A stretch of 64,000 bases of DNA, taken from positions 1 to 64,000 of IMG/VR virus record IMGVR_UViG_3300025141_012665. One strand, 5' to 3'. Position 1 is the stretch's first letter, and every line of letters begins with the position of its first letter. Below the pieces are notes generated by a model, which was not told the DNA's origin, made no database searches, and worked only from the letters and a program-made list of their open reading frames with translations. The stretch comes from a virus. This document shows, piece after piece, positions 1 to 7,885 of the stretch. The position numbers and the translations under genes are program-made.

Positions 1-250
1 CGACGAGCCTTGCGGCATATTCTTCAAGAATCTTGTCTCTCGCTAACAACTCTTGTTCGTGAATGTCGCTCATCCTATCTATCTGCTCTTGGTGGCTTTC
101 CTTTGCTGTCTCAAATGTGTCGACGAGCGACGAGTAGTCTCCCCTCATCTTAGCGAAGACGATGATAGCCAATAAAATAATGAGCAACACTTTCCAGTGT
201 TTCTTCACAAAGGAAAGTGTTGCGGTCGCTAGTTTAGCGTAATCGATCAT
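1..250 (-). CDS. Partial (runs off left edge) type II membrane protein with coiled coil; candidate i-spanin (Rz-like)
   Basis: Not in ORF track. ATG at 250 overlaps the TAA of the upstream gene (TAATG). My translation: MIDYAKLATATLSFVKKHWKVLLIILLAIIVFAKMRGDYSSLVDTFETAKESHQEQIDRMSDIHEQELLARDKILEEYAARLV..., a single N-terminal TM followed by a helical charged region. Confidence 0.6.
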   Translation of the reverse strand, partial: MIDYAKLATATLSFVKKHWKVLLIILLAIIVFAKMRGDYSSLVDTFETAKESHQEQIDRMSDIHEQELLARDKILEEYAARLV

Positions 251-441
251 TAGGCAGCCTTATATTTAATAACTGCGTCAATGAATCCCTGTGAACCAAT
301 GTAAATGGCGCTCAGGATTACAAAGTCGGAGCTAGTAACTGTGCCGGCGAATGTAAAGCCAGCGGCGGTAAGCCAGACAAGCAACTTGCGTGAAATTGCC
401 TTCTCTAGTAGTTTATCAATTTTTCCTTTTATCATAGACAT
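250..441 (-). CDS. Small two-TM membrane protein, putative holin
   Basis: 63 aa with a basic N-terminus, SRKL preceding TM1 (LLVWLTAAGFTFAG) and TM2 (FVILSAIYIGSQGFI). GGAGG RBS at 446-450 and ACTATTTA box upstream. Confidence 0.55.
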   Translation of the reverse strand: MSMIKGKIDKLLEKAISRKLLVWLTAAGFTFAGTVTSSDFVILSAIYIGSQGFIDAVIKYKAA

Positions 442-461
442 TTTTCCTCCAATCTATAGTA

Positions 462-469
462 TAAATAGT
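462..469 (-). promoter_or_regulatory. ACTATTTA box (putative late promoter)
   Basis: Exact 8-mer about 20 nt upstream of the start at 441. Same motif precedes four other gene starts. Confidence 0.6.
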
Positions 470-3400
470 TATTGATTCACGAAAGCGCACCCATCAACTC
501 TGGAAATGTCTATGGTCATATCGACTACATCTTTCAGCGAATCGAGGTGCGAAATAAGTAAAACTGTTTTAAAATAGCCCTTTATCATGTCCAATAATTC
601 TGTAAAGGACTGCAAGTGTTCTTCGTCAAGAGCCGTGCCTGGCTCGTCAAGGATCATAATGTCACTTGTAGGCAAGCTGGAAACGGAGAGTAAGGCGAGC
701 CGGATAGCCATGGCTGCCATTGTCTTCTCCGAACCAGATGCCATTTCAAGTGGGCGGGGATCGAAAGCGGGGTGCTTGATGTTGATGTTCAGTCGGTTGC
801 CGTCTTCCTCAAACATCACCTCAAATGATGTGAGGTTCGCTAGCACCTTTGAGATGCTCTCGTTGATGACTGGCAACTTCCGTTTGATGACATCATAAGC
901 GATTCCGTTGGGGTGCATGCATCGCATGTAGAGATCGTAAGCTGAGAACTGCTTTTGCAAGTCAAGGTATTCGTCCCTCTTCTCAATAGCATTTGCGACT
1001 TTCTGTTCGAGGGAGCCAACGGCGCGGTTTAGCTTTGAAGCCTTGGTTTCACATTTCGTCATCTTCTTAGATGCTTCAGATAGCTCATAGTTCGCTGCGC
1101 CTTTCTGTGCGATAAGATCCTCAAGGTTTTCTATTGCCTCTTTGTTCTCTTCGTACTCTTCCACTTTCTCCGCAAGCTCTCTCGCTTCTGCTTCCGCTGT
1201 AAGAATGAGGCTGTTGTTAGTTGCGACTCGGAGTTTAAAAGAAGAGTTGTCTTTTTCAGCAAAACCTTTTTTTCTGGTTATCTTTTCGTTTCTGGATAAT
1301 AGTTCTTCTACTTCTTCAGGGTTTAGCTCTTCCTTTTTGTCTTCTAGCTCTCCGATTTCTTTGAGCAGGGCAGCAGACTCTTCCTTGTCGCTAGGCAGTT
1401 GTGCTTTGGCTGCATAGGCATCTTTGATGAACTTACAGGCTTGGAAATTCGTTCCACAAGGTATGTCATCAAGTGTCGCGACTTGTCGCTCTTTGTCGCG
1501 AACTGTTCTCTGTTTATTGTTCTCTTTAATGGAAGCAGCGGAGATCGAGCCGTCAAGCTCTTCTATCTTCTCTTGTCTCGCCTCAACCTCTTTAATGTCA
1601 ATGCTCTTAAGATAGTCGCCTGCCTTCTTGATGAAAGTTTTGTTTTCTTCTATCTTCTTTGCGATGTTTTTGTTTTGCTCGTTGAGTCCTTCTATTTGTT
1701 TTTGTTTGTCTTCCAGTTCCGCCTTTACTGCTACGATATCGATTATCTCTGCTGGGATGGATTCTATTTTACCTGTAAGCTCTTGTAGGAACTTGCCTGC
1801 CGCATTAACTTCGTCTGCGTATTTCTTACATAGCTCCTGTTGTGTCTCAAGATCTTCTATAGACTCTGCCAACTCTTCTTCAGCAGCATTAATATCTGAT
1901 ATGAAGTCTCTGCCTTCAAGTCGTCGCAAGGCTCCCTTCATGTCGGCAGCATCTTCTTTTGCGAGCTTGAACTTCTTCTCAAAGATTTCCAAGTCAAGGA
2001 ACTTTGCGAGAATCTCTTTTCGTCTCGTTGAGCCTTCACGGATGAACGATAAGCTGTCTAGCTGGCTGGAAACGCTTGTGAGCAGGAAGTCATCGAGTGT
2101 CCCGAAAATCTTCCTGATGTTCTTGTCTGTATCGTTACGAGTGAGCCCGTTTAACTCTGTCTTTTCGCCAGTGTGTTCATCTACCTTGTAGAAGTCAAGG
2201 TTCGTCTTCGCCTCTGTGCTCACCTCACCTTTCAGTCGGCGAGTGTATTTCTCCAAAGTTCTGTTGACGAAATAGCGGTTGCTGCCTATTGATAGGCAGG
2301 CAGTGCCTGATGCACCATCTTTAGTCTGGTTGATGACATTGACATTCTTTCGCTCGTTCTTTGATGTTGAGTTGAACATCGTGCAAAGCAAAGCATCAAC
2401 TGCCGATGACTTGCCTGAATAGTTCTTGCCGAAGATGCCTACAGTTCCTTCGAGCTTTTCGAAGTCGATGCGGTTGCCCTCGCCATAGTTGAACAGGTTG
2501 TCCCACTCTAACGACTCAAGCTTCCACTTGATGTTTCGGGAAACCTCTTCGCTCTCTTCTGCTGCTTTTGTGTATCGCAGGTTGAGATCCAAAACCTCTT
2601 TCATCAGTTTATCGTCTGTCTGGTAGTCTTTCAAGTATTCGCGGATAAGCTCCTCTTGGATGGCAGGATCGCGTAGATCCTCTTTTTGGAGAGTGTCTGT
2701 AATCTCCTCAACATTGCCTCGCTCTCCTGCTGCTCGGTTTAGGAACACGATGCTCTCTGGCTTGAAGCGATGCTTTGCGATGTCTACCGCTTTCTTCATC
2801 ACATCTAGCGAAAGGTTGTTCTTAGAAACCAAGCGAAGGCGAGCACCGACGGGAGCTTTCAAGCCGCGAGGCATCCTGCCTTTTGGTGTTAGCTCAATAG
2901 TGACGAACGGACGAGGGTTGTGGATTGCGATGTGTTCGCAAGTAAAGTTTTCTTTGTCTTGGATATCCCACAGAAGGAAGCCCTTATCATTGCTCTCGGC
3001 AAAGTTCTGTTGGACTGTGGATCCTGGATAGCGAACCTTGCCGATGTCTCCGTCAAGGATCTGGTTCGTCTTGTGAATGTCGCCGAGCAAGGCATAGTCA
3101 AAGTTCTTGAAGATGTCTATGTGGTGATCGCCGTGAGTCATAACCCAGCCAGTGTCGGTTACAACACCTGCGACTGAGCCGTGGTAAAGTGCGATGTTTA
3201 TCTTGTCTGGGTTGGATGGTGCCACCCAGTTCTCTTCATCAAACACAGACAACACATTGAAAGTGATGTCGTCGCTAAATGAGACTTCTCCTGCATTCTT
3301 GATGAGATGTAAATCTGGATGGTTAAGTGCGCTAGCGATAGGCGTAACGGCATCTTGGCGGTGAGCATTCTTTAGGTTGCCATCGTGGTTGCCTAAAATG

Positions 3401-3624
3401 ATGTAGACAGGTGCGATGTCGGCAAGGTTCTTTAAGAACGATGTCGCCAAGTCAAAATACTCTGGTGATAGTTGAGTTTTTGTGTGAGCCAAGTCGCCGC
3501 AGTGGACGATACAATCAGGCTTCTCATTTCTCAACCTCTCATAGATCTGATCGAATACTGCTCGATACTCTCTATGATACTTATAGTTGCGGATATGGGT
3601 GTCCGCTATGTGTGCTATCCTCAA
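469..3624 (-). CDS. Mre11/SbcD nuclease - Rad50/SbcC ATPase fusion (gp47-gp46-like)
   Basis: N-terminal metallophosphoesterase motifs HIADTH, GDL, GNHD, HG, GDIH. Walker A GKNYSGKS, long coiled coil, signature ASGSE, Walker B IMILDEP, H-loop ISH. Start probably TTG at 3624 (MRIAHIAD, GGGGG SD at 3631-3635) rather than GTG at 3660. Confidence 0.92.
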   Translation of the reverse strand: MRIAHIADTHIRNYKYHREYRAVFDQIYERLRNEKPDCIVHCGDLAHTKTQLSPEYFDLATSFLKNLADIAPVYIILGNHDGNLKNAHRQDAVTPIASALNHPDLHLIKNAGEVSFSDDITFNVLSVFDEENWVAPSNPDKINIALYHGSVAGVVTDTGWVMTHGDHHIDIFKNFDYALLGDIHKTNQILDGDIGKVRYPGSTVQQNFAESNDKGFLLWDIQDKENFTCEHIAIHNPRPFVTIELTPKGRMPRGLKAPVGARLRLVSKNNLSLDVMKKAVDIAKHRFKPESIVFLNRAAGERGNVEEITDTLQKEDLRDPAIQEELIREYLKDYQTDDKLMKEVLDLNLRYTKAAEESEEVSRNIKWKLESLEWDNLFNYGEGNRIDFEKLEGTVGIFGKNYSGKSSAVDALLCTMFNSTSKNERKNVNVINQTKDGASGTACLSIGSNRYFVNRTLEKYTRRLKGEVSTEAKTNLDFYKVDEHTGEKTELNGLTRNDTDKNIRKIFGTLDDFLLTSVSSQLDSLSFIREGSTRRKEILAKFLDLEIFEKKFKLAKEDAADMKGALRRLEGRDFISDINAAEEELAESIEDLETQQELCKKYADEVNAAGKFLQELTGKIESIPAEIIDIVAVKAELEDKQKQIEGLNEQNKNIAKKIEENKTFIKKAGDYLKSIDIKEVEARQEKIEELDGSISAASIKENNKQRTVRDKERQVATLDDIPCGTNFQACKFIKDAYAAKAQLPSDKEESAALLKEIGELEDKKEELNPEEVEELLSRNEKITRKKGFAEKDNSSFKLRVATNNSLILTAEAEARELAEKVEEYEENKEAIENLEDLIAQKGAANYELSEASKKMTKCETKASKLNRAVGSLEQKVANAIEKRDEYLDLQKQFSAYDLYMRCMHPNGIAYDVIKRKLPVINESISKVLANLTSFEVMFEEDGNRLNINIKHPAFDPRPLEMASGSEKTMAAMAIRLALLSVSSLPTSDIMILDEPGTALDEEHLQSFTELLDMIKGYFKTVLLISHLDSLKDVVDMTIDISRVDGCAFVNQ

Positions 3625-3664
3625 AAAGAACCCCCGTGGCTTAAGCCACTCTTCATTCACTTAT

Positions 3665-3693
3665 AATATAACACGGAAGGGAGGTGCTGTCAA
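3665..3693 (-). promoter_or_regulatory. sigma70-type promoter TTGACA-17-TATATT with extended -10 (TG)
   Basis: -35 at 3693-3688, -10 at 3670-3665, CGTGT immediately before -10. Upstream of the Mre11-Rad50 gene. Confidence 0.8.
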
Positions 3694-3702
3694 GCGTTTT
3701 TT

Positions 3703-4323
3703 TTAGCCCACTGGTTGAACTACTACTTTTCCGCTATGTTCGCCGTCCTTCATTCGTTTATTCAAAACAGCTTGTGATGTGATTTGTTGCAACAATGATT
3801 GCAATGTCTGAGTGGGAGGGCTGCCTTGAGTAATCGCGGTCGTAATTCTTTTCTTCATATCTTTAAATACTTCCAGTTCCGGCAGCGAAGGCTTCGTAAT
3901 TTCCTTTCCTTTCGTCTCCAGATCTCTCAGAAACATAGTCAAGTGATCATCTAGGTCAAAATACGATGCTGCTGTGCCGTCTGGATATGTGCCGTCTTCG
4001 ATATTGGCAAACACAGTCACAGCAGCCATCAGGAGTTTTTCAATAACTTGTTCTGCTATCACGCCTCCGGCTGCTCCGGCGACCGCACCAGCACCACCAG
4101 TGGCTGCTCCGACCACGGCGCCGGTTGCAAGGCCAAGAACCTTGGCGGTGACGCCGCCGTACTGTGCTGCTAGCTTTTTTAATTTACCCGGCTCTTTTGA
4201 CATAAAATAATCATGCAATTGGCCTATTGTTTTTATTTCTTTAGGATCGGCCACCAGCGGAGGATCCAGCAATTGCGGAGCCTCGTTAAGATACTCACGC
4301 CAATTTTCGAGGATTAGCTTCAT
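3703..4323 (-). CDS. Hypothetical protein with MKLILENWREYLNE leader and glycine-zipper segment; candidate capsid-internal protein
   Basis: 206-aa ORF abutting the upstream gene. Leader ends in L-x-E. Contains GLATGAVVGAATGGAGAVAGAAGG. Confidence 0.6.
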   Translation of the reverse strand: MKLILENWREYLNEAPQLLDPPLVADPKEIKTIGQLHDYFMSKEPGKLKKLAAQYGGVTAKVLGLATGAVVGAATGGAGAVAGAAGGVIAEQVIEKLLMAAVTVFANIEDGTYPDGTAASYFDLDDHLTMFLRDLETKGKEITKPSLPELEVFKDMKKRITTAITQGSPPTQTLQSLLQQITSQAVLNKRMKDGEHSGKVVVQPVG

Positions 4324-5127
4324 TTACTTGCCCTTAGTTATCAAAGCATCCAGTTCCGCGGCGAAGATTTTGGCGAGCTTTATAACTTTTCCAGTAACGA
4401 TGTCGCCTACTTCGGCAGCACCAACCATCTTCTTCTGTAGATCTCCAACGACCCCCCTTTCTTTGTTCGTAAATCCGCCGGCGCTAGCAGCGCCGACGCC
4501 GGTCGCGATGGTGTCCTTTCGGAACTCACCACCGCCAGTCTTTGTCGTTCCAAATTCTTCTTCGGGCTCTGCGGCGATATCCTCTTCTTCTTTTGAGGCG
4601 ACAGAAACATCTGGTAATTCTTCAGCAAGCCGAATAGTAATCCTAGCCATATAATCTTCGTGCTCCTCGTCAGGGTGTGCCATGTCGCAACACTTGCCGG
4701 GATGGCCCTGCATCTCTTCTAGCATAGGCTCATCGACATCACCTTTGGCGGCCTGCTGGTAGGCAGCGTATCTAGCCTCCCCATCATCTTCATCCCAGAA
4801 TCCGGGCGGGTACTTACCAGTCCAGCCCCTCTTATCGCCTCTAAATCCTGGCTTATCACGCTTATACATCCTGACGATAGCCGGATGTAACGGTTGCCCC
4901 TCTTCCTCCATCTCGCGGGATTCGGCATCACTCCAAGGCATATGCCCTCCAGGGTTGTCGGTGCTGGTGACGGCATGCTTGATGCGATCAAGAAATCCTT
5001 CGTCAAGCTCTCCCTCTTGGATAACTTCGTCAATCGCTGCCTCTTTCGCCTCGTCCTTCTTGCCGTAGCCCCACCTCTCCATAAGAAGTGAGTTGACTCT
5101 ATTTTTGTGATCCTTGGTGTAATCCAT
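4324..5127 (-). CDS. Acidic hypothetical protein with several I/L-x-E sites; candidate capsid-internal protein
   Basis: 267 aa, AGGAG RBS, ACTATTTA box upstream. LLMERW, IQE/LDE, LEE and LAE motifs. Confidence 0.6.
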   Translation of the reverse strand: MDYTKDHKNRVNSLLMERWGYGKKDEAKEAAIDEVIQEGELDEGFLDRIKHAVTSTDNPGGHMPWSDAESREMEEEGQPLHPAIVRMYKRDKPGFRGDKRGWTGKYPPGFWDEDDGEARYAAYQQAAKGDVDEPMLEEMQGHPGKCCDMAHPDEEHEDYMARITIRLAEELPDVSVASKEEEDIAAEPEEEFGTTKTGGGEFRKDTIATGVGAASAGGFTNKERGVVGDLQKKMVGAAEVGDIVTGKVIKLAKIFAAELDALITKGK

Positions 5128-5139
5128 TTCGTTTTCTCC

Positions 5140-6069
5140 TCAAATGGCTAATACTTTCTCCAGTAAATAGTCGTCAGTTTCCAAAATAGACGCTTCTTTC
5201 TTTCTCTTCTTGAACTCTGCTTTCGACATTTCTCCAACATCGTCGTATCCTGAGACATCTATTTGATAGACATCAATGCCGAACCTCTTAAATAGGTTTG
5301 TTATTCTGTCTGTCTTCTTCTTTGCATCGGGATCGAGAGCCAAATAGATTTCTTTTTTCTTCGCGACGATCTTTTGGAAGAGCTTTGTGTTCTTGCGAAG
5401 GGTTGAACCGAGAAGAGGAATAGCATTTCCTGCCTTAATAGCATCAAAAACTCCCTCCACGAGAACAACATCTTCCTCCCAATCTACATAAAGGTCGTTA
5501 AAGACGATATTACGGCTCGTAGGGGGGTTTTTGTACTTGGGCCATGCTCTACCATAGGAACGAGCTATGAAGTAACTCACGAACCCGTCAGGGGCAAAGG
5601 AAGGGATGATTATTCTACCCTCGTATTCGCCTGCTGAAGCATACCCTATCTTCCATTTGAGGATGTCTGGCTTGCCGATGCCCCTTTCTCGCAGGTATTG
5701 TCGGGCATTTAGTGCCGCAGTGTCCCGTTTTTTGCTTGTGAGTGAGCAAAATGACTTGGGAAGATCAACTTTTGGGGCAATTTCTTCCTCTTTTTCGGCA
5801 AAAAGTGAGTCAAAATCACTCGTTTCAACACGATTTTCGTACTTTGACCAAGCTAATTTGTCGTCTTGAGAGCCGAATCTGCGCACCAGAAAGCCGATAT
5901 TGCGTCCACTTTTGTCGCAAATCCAGCATTTCCAGTAGTTTTTGTCGATGTTGACGCTTAACTTGAGCTTATTGTGATTACAGAACGGGCAATGGAATAA
6001 GTGTTCGGATCCTGACTTGTAACTGCGCCCAAGAGCATTACGAACTATCTTTAGCTTCTCTGCTTTCAT
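5140..6069 (-). CDS. DNA primase (zinc finger + TOPRIM), DnaG-like
   Basis: CPFCNH...WKCWIC zinc-binding domain, YLRERGI, RIIIP, KYKNP, TOPRIM motifs LVEGVFDAI and LALDPDA. Confidence 0.9.
   Translation of the reverse strand: MKAEKLKIVRNALGRSYKSGSEHLFHCPFCNHNKLKLSVNIDKNYWKCWICDKSGRNIGFLVRRFGSQDDKLAWSKYENRVETSDFDSLFAEKEEEIAPKVDLPKSFCSLTSKKRDTAALNARQYLRERGIGKPDILKWKIGYASAGEYEGRIIIPSFAPDGFVSYFIARSYGRAWPKYKNPPTSRNIVFNDLYVDWEEDVVLVEGVFDAIKAGNAIPLLGSTLRKNTKLFQKIVAKKKEIYLALDPDAKKKTDRITNLFKRFGIDVYQIDVSGYDDVGEMSKAEFKKRKKEASILETDDYLLEKVLAI
5164..5171 (-). promoter_or_regulatory. ACTATTTA box (putative late promoter)
   Basis: Inside the primase 3' end, about 36 nt upstream of the start at 5127. Confidence 0.55.
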
Positions 6070-6088
6070 TTATGGCCCCTGTCTATGT

Positions 6089-6117
6089 ATTATAACACGG
6101 CAGAAGAGTTATGTCAA
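6089..6117 (-). promoter_or_regulatory. Perfect sigma70 consensus promoter TTGACA-17-TATAAT with extended -10
   Basis: -35 at 6117-6112, -10 at 6094-6089, CGTGT before -10. Upstream of primase. Confidence 0.88.
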
Positions 6118-6633
6118 GAGAGAGTTGTATCCTGCCTTGGCTATGACGAGAGAATCTGCTCTGTCGAACTCGTGTGGCTTTGGATTGCCGTGCTTTGTGT
6201 ATTCTATTGAGAAGTCTGGCTCGTTTGCGACAAGATGTTCAATGACGACTTTCTTGGCTTTCATTCCTTTGGGAACTTTGATGCCGCAAGACTTTCTAGC
6301 GGAAGTTGCTGAAAGGTATTCGGGCTGAATGCTCCAGATCCCCCAACAGATCCAACTCACTATTCCGTTAAAGGATGCGAGGGTTGAGAGTGTCTTTGCC
6401 GACGAGAAGCCAGAGCGGAATGTCTGCAAGCTTTTCTCGATGTAGATGTGCTTGATGTCATACTTATACTCGATGTCGAGGAGATAATCCTCTACTTTCT
6501 GTGCTTTGTGGAATAGAGTTGGGAAATGATTTTTATTTCTCGTATCTATTGCTTCGCAGAGAAGGATCTCGCCTTCGTTGTTGATTACTGTGACGCCAGT
6601 TATGCTTGTGGATATGTCTAAACCGAGGATCAT
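6109..6633 (-). CDS. RuvC-like Holliday junction resolvase
   Basis: RNase H-fold motifs MILGLDISTSITG, IYIEK and C-terminal DRADSLVIA. 174 aa. Confidence 0.85.
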   Translation of the reverse strand: MILGLDISTSITGVTVINNEGEILLCEAIDTRNKNHFPTLFHKAQKVEDYLLDIEYKYDIKHIYIEKSLQTFRSGFSSAKTLSTLASFNGIVSWICWGIWSIQPEYLSATSARKSCGIKVPKGMKAKKVVIEHLVANEPDFSIEYTKHGNPKPHEFDRADSLVIAKAGYNSLLT

Positions 6634-6638
6634 ACTAT

Positions 6639-6667
6639 ACTATAACACGATAAAGTTTAGATGTCAA
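6639..6667 (-). promoter_or_regulatory. sigma70-type promoter TTGACA-17-TATAGT with extended -10; likely leaderless transcript
   Basis: -35 at 6667-6662, -10 at 6644-6639. Only 5 nt separate the -10 from the ATG at 6633, and there is no SD. Confidence 0.8.
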
Positions 6668-7874
6668 GTTTTAACTTAAATGTCAAGTCCCTATTTTCAG
6701 TTTTCTTGACTGGTTTGGCGAGAGAGGCTATGCCGATGAGCTTTTTCTTTTCATCATAGATGCCGATTTTTGTAATGTAAGTGGTCTTAACGAGGCTTCC
6801 AGATGGATCTGCGTAGGATGCGCTGTGAATGTTTTTTATTACATTTTCAGGCTCTACATACGCATAAGAGCCGGTCCGTGCCCTGATTGACTGGCTAGCT
6901 GATACATAAGTTAAATTATTTGAATAATTTAATTCGCCCTTGTTTGCATGAGCAAGCATTGTGACAGTTGGAATTTTATGAGTGCCGGCGAAATCTAGCG
7001 AAAAAGAGGCGGAAGGGTTGATGTCGGCATAACCCGTATATGGTACCATATACGGGTAACCTAGACCAAAATTAAGCCAGCATGCGGGCTGAATGATGTA
7101 TTGACCATCAACATCTTTATCACAAAAGGAGGTCGGTAGAAGGGCCAACCTCGTTGAGCCCGTAAGGATAATGATACCCTCTTTGTAGAGGACAACGCCC
7201 TGTGTTCCGTTGGAGTCTCTGAGCGCTCCATTTCTTCTCGTGTCTTGTAGTTGGGCGGCGATGGTTCCTGTTATATAAAATTTTAGATCAACTGTTCCTT
7301 TTTTGATCTCCGAACCATAAAAGATGGATGGAATCTGAATTATGTTAACTCCGCCTGAATCGTCAACATTATAATGGTCTCCAAGTCTTGCTGCATAACT
7401 AAGAGAGTTTTTGAGGGCGCTGCCGGTGTGGTTAGTCGTTAAGAAATTGTGACTCGCCTGATATCTCTGCCTCGTTATACTTGATGATAGCTGATAGCTG
7501 CCCGTTATGATATCGCCGGCATTATAGTTGTGAATATAGTCCGCCCTCTTAATCCCCTTGAAGGCAATCTTTTGATTCCCTTTGGAGATATATGGGTAGA
7601 TTATTCCCGTATCAGGAACATTCCACGACGATGAGATAGAAGATGACGGGCCGACCACCAATGTCTTGTCGCTGGCCGCGGCACGATCTACATTATACTC
7701 AAACAGGCTAATATGCCCAACAGGGACATTGGTCGCGTTTGCAACAAACGCGCCTGGCTCAGTGGCCTTATTGTTGTAAAATATCCTAGAATCGTTTATA
7801 AAGAAAGAACTGCTGGGGTGTGCTTTTATCTGATTGTAAAAGAGATCACCGTCTCCAAACTTATAGAGAGGCAT
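6657..7874 (-). CDS. Virion (baseplate/tail-associated) protein, paralogue of 7886..9061
   Basis: Shares a C-terminal motif with the next gene (FNYSxNxTY ... TYITxIGxY...L..A.L..P..K....LT....LD). S/T/G-rich. GGAGG RBS. Confidence 0.65.
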   Translation of the reverse strand: MPLYKFGDGDLFYNQIKAHPSSSFFINDSRIFYNNKATEPGAFVANATNVPVGHISLFEYNVDRAAASDKTLVVGPSSSISSSWNVPDTGIIYPYISKGNQKIAFKGIKRADYIHNYNAGDIITGSYQLSSSITRQRYQASHNFLTTNHTGSALKNSLSYAARLGDHYNVDDSGGVNIIQIPSIFYGSEIKKGTVDLKFYITGTIAAQLQDTRRNGALRDSNGTQGVVLYKEGIIILTGSTRLALLPTSFCDKDVDGQYIIQPACWLNFGLGYPYMVPYTGYADINPSASFSLDFAGTHKIPTVTMLAHANKGELNYSNNLTYVSASQSIRARTGSYAYVEPENVIKNIHSASYADPSGSLVKTTYITKIGIYDEKKKLIGIASLAKPVKKTENRDLTFKLKLDI

Positions 7875-7885
7875 TCACACACCTC

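Noticed and set aside
433-441. Possible holin dual-start motif (Met-Ser-Met)
   Set aside because: Lambda-type dual starts rely on a basic residue between the Mets. Ser gives no charge difference, so there is no support.
460-467. T4 late promoter TATAAATA on the plus strand (also 28066-28073)
   Set aside because: It points away from all genes. It is better explained as the reverse complement of the ACTATTTA(TA) box.
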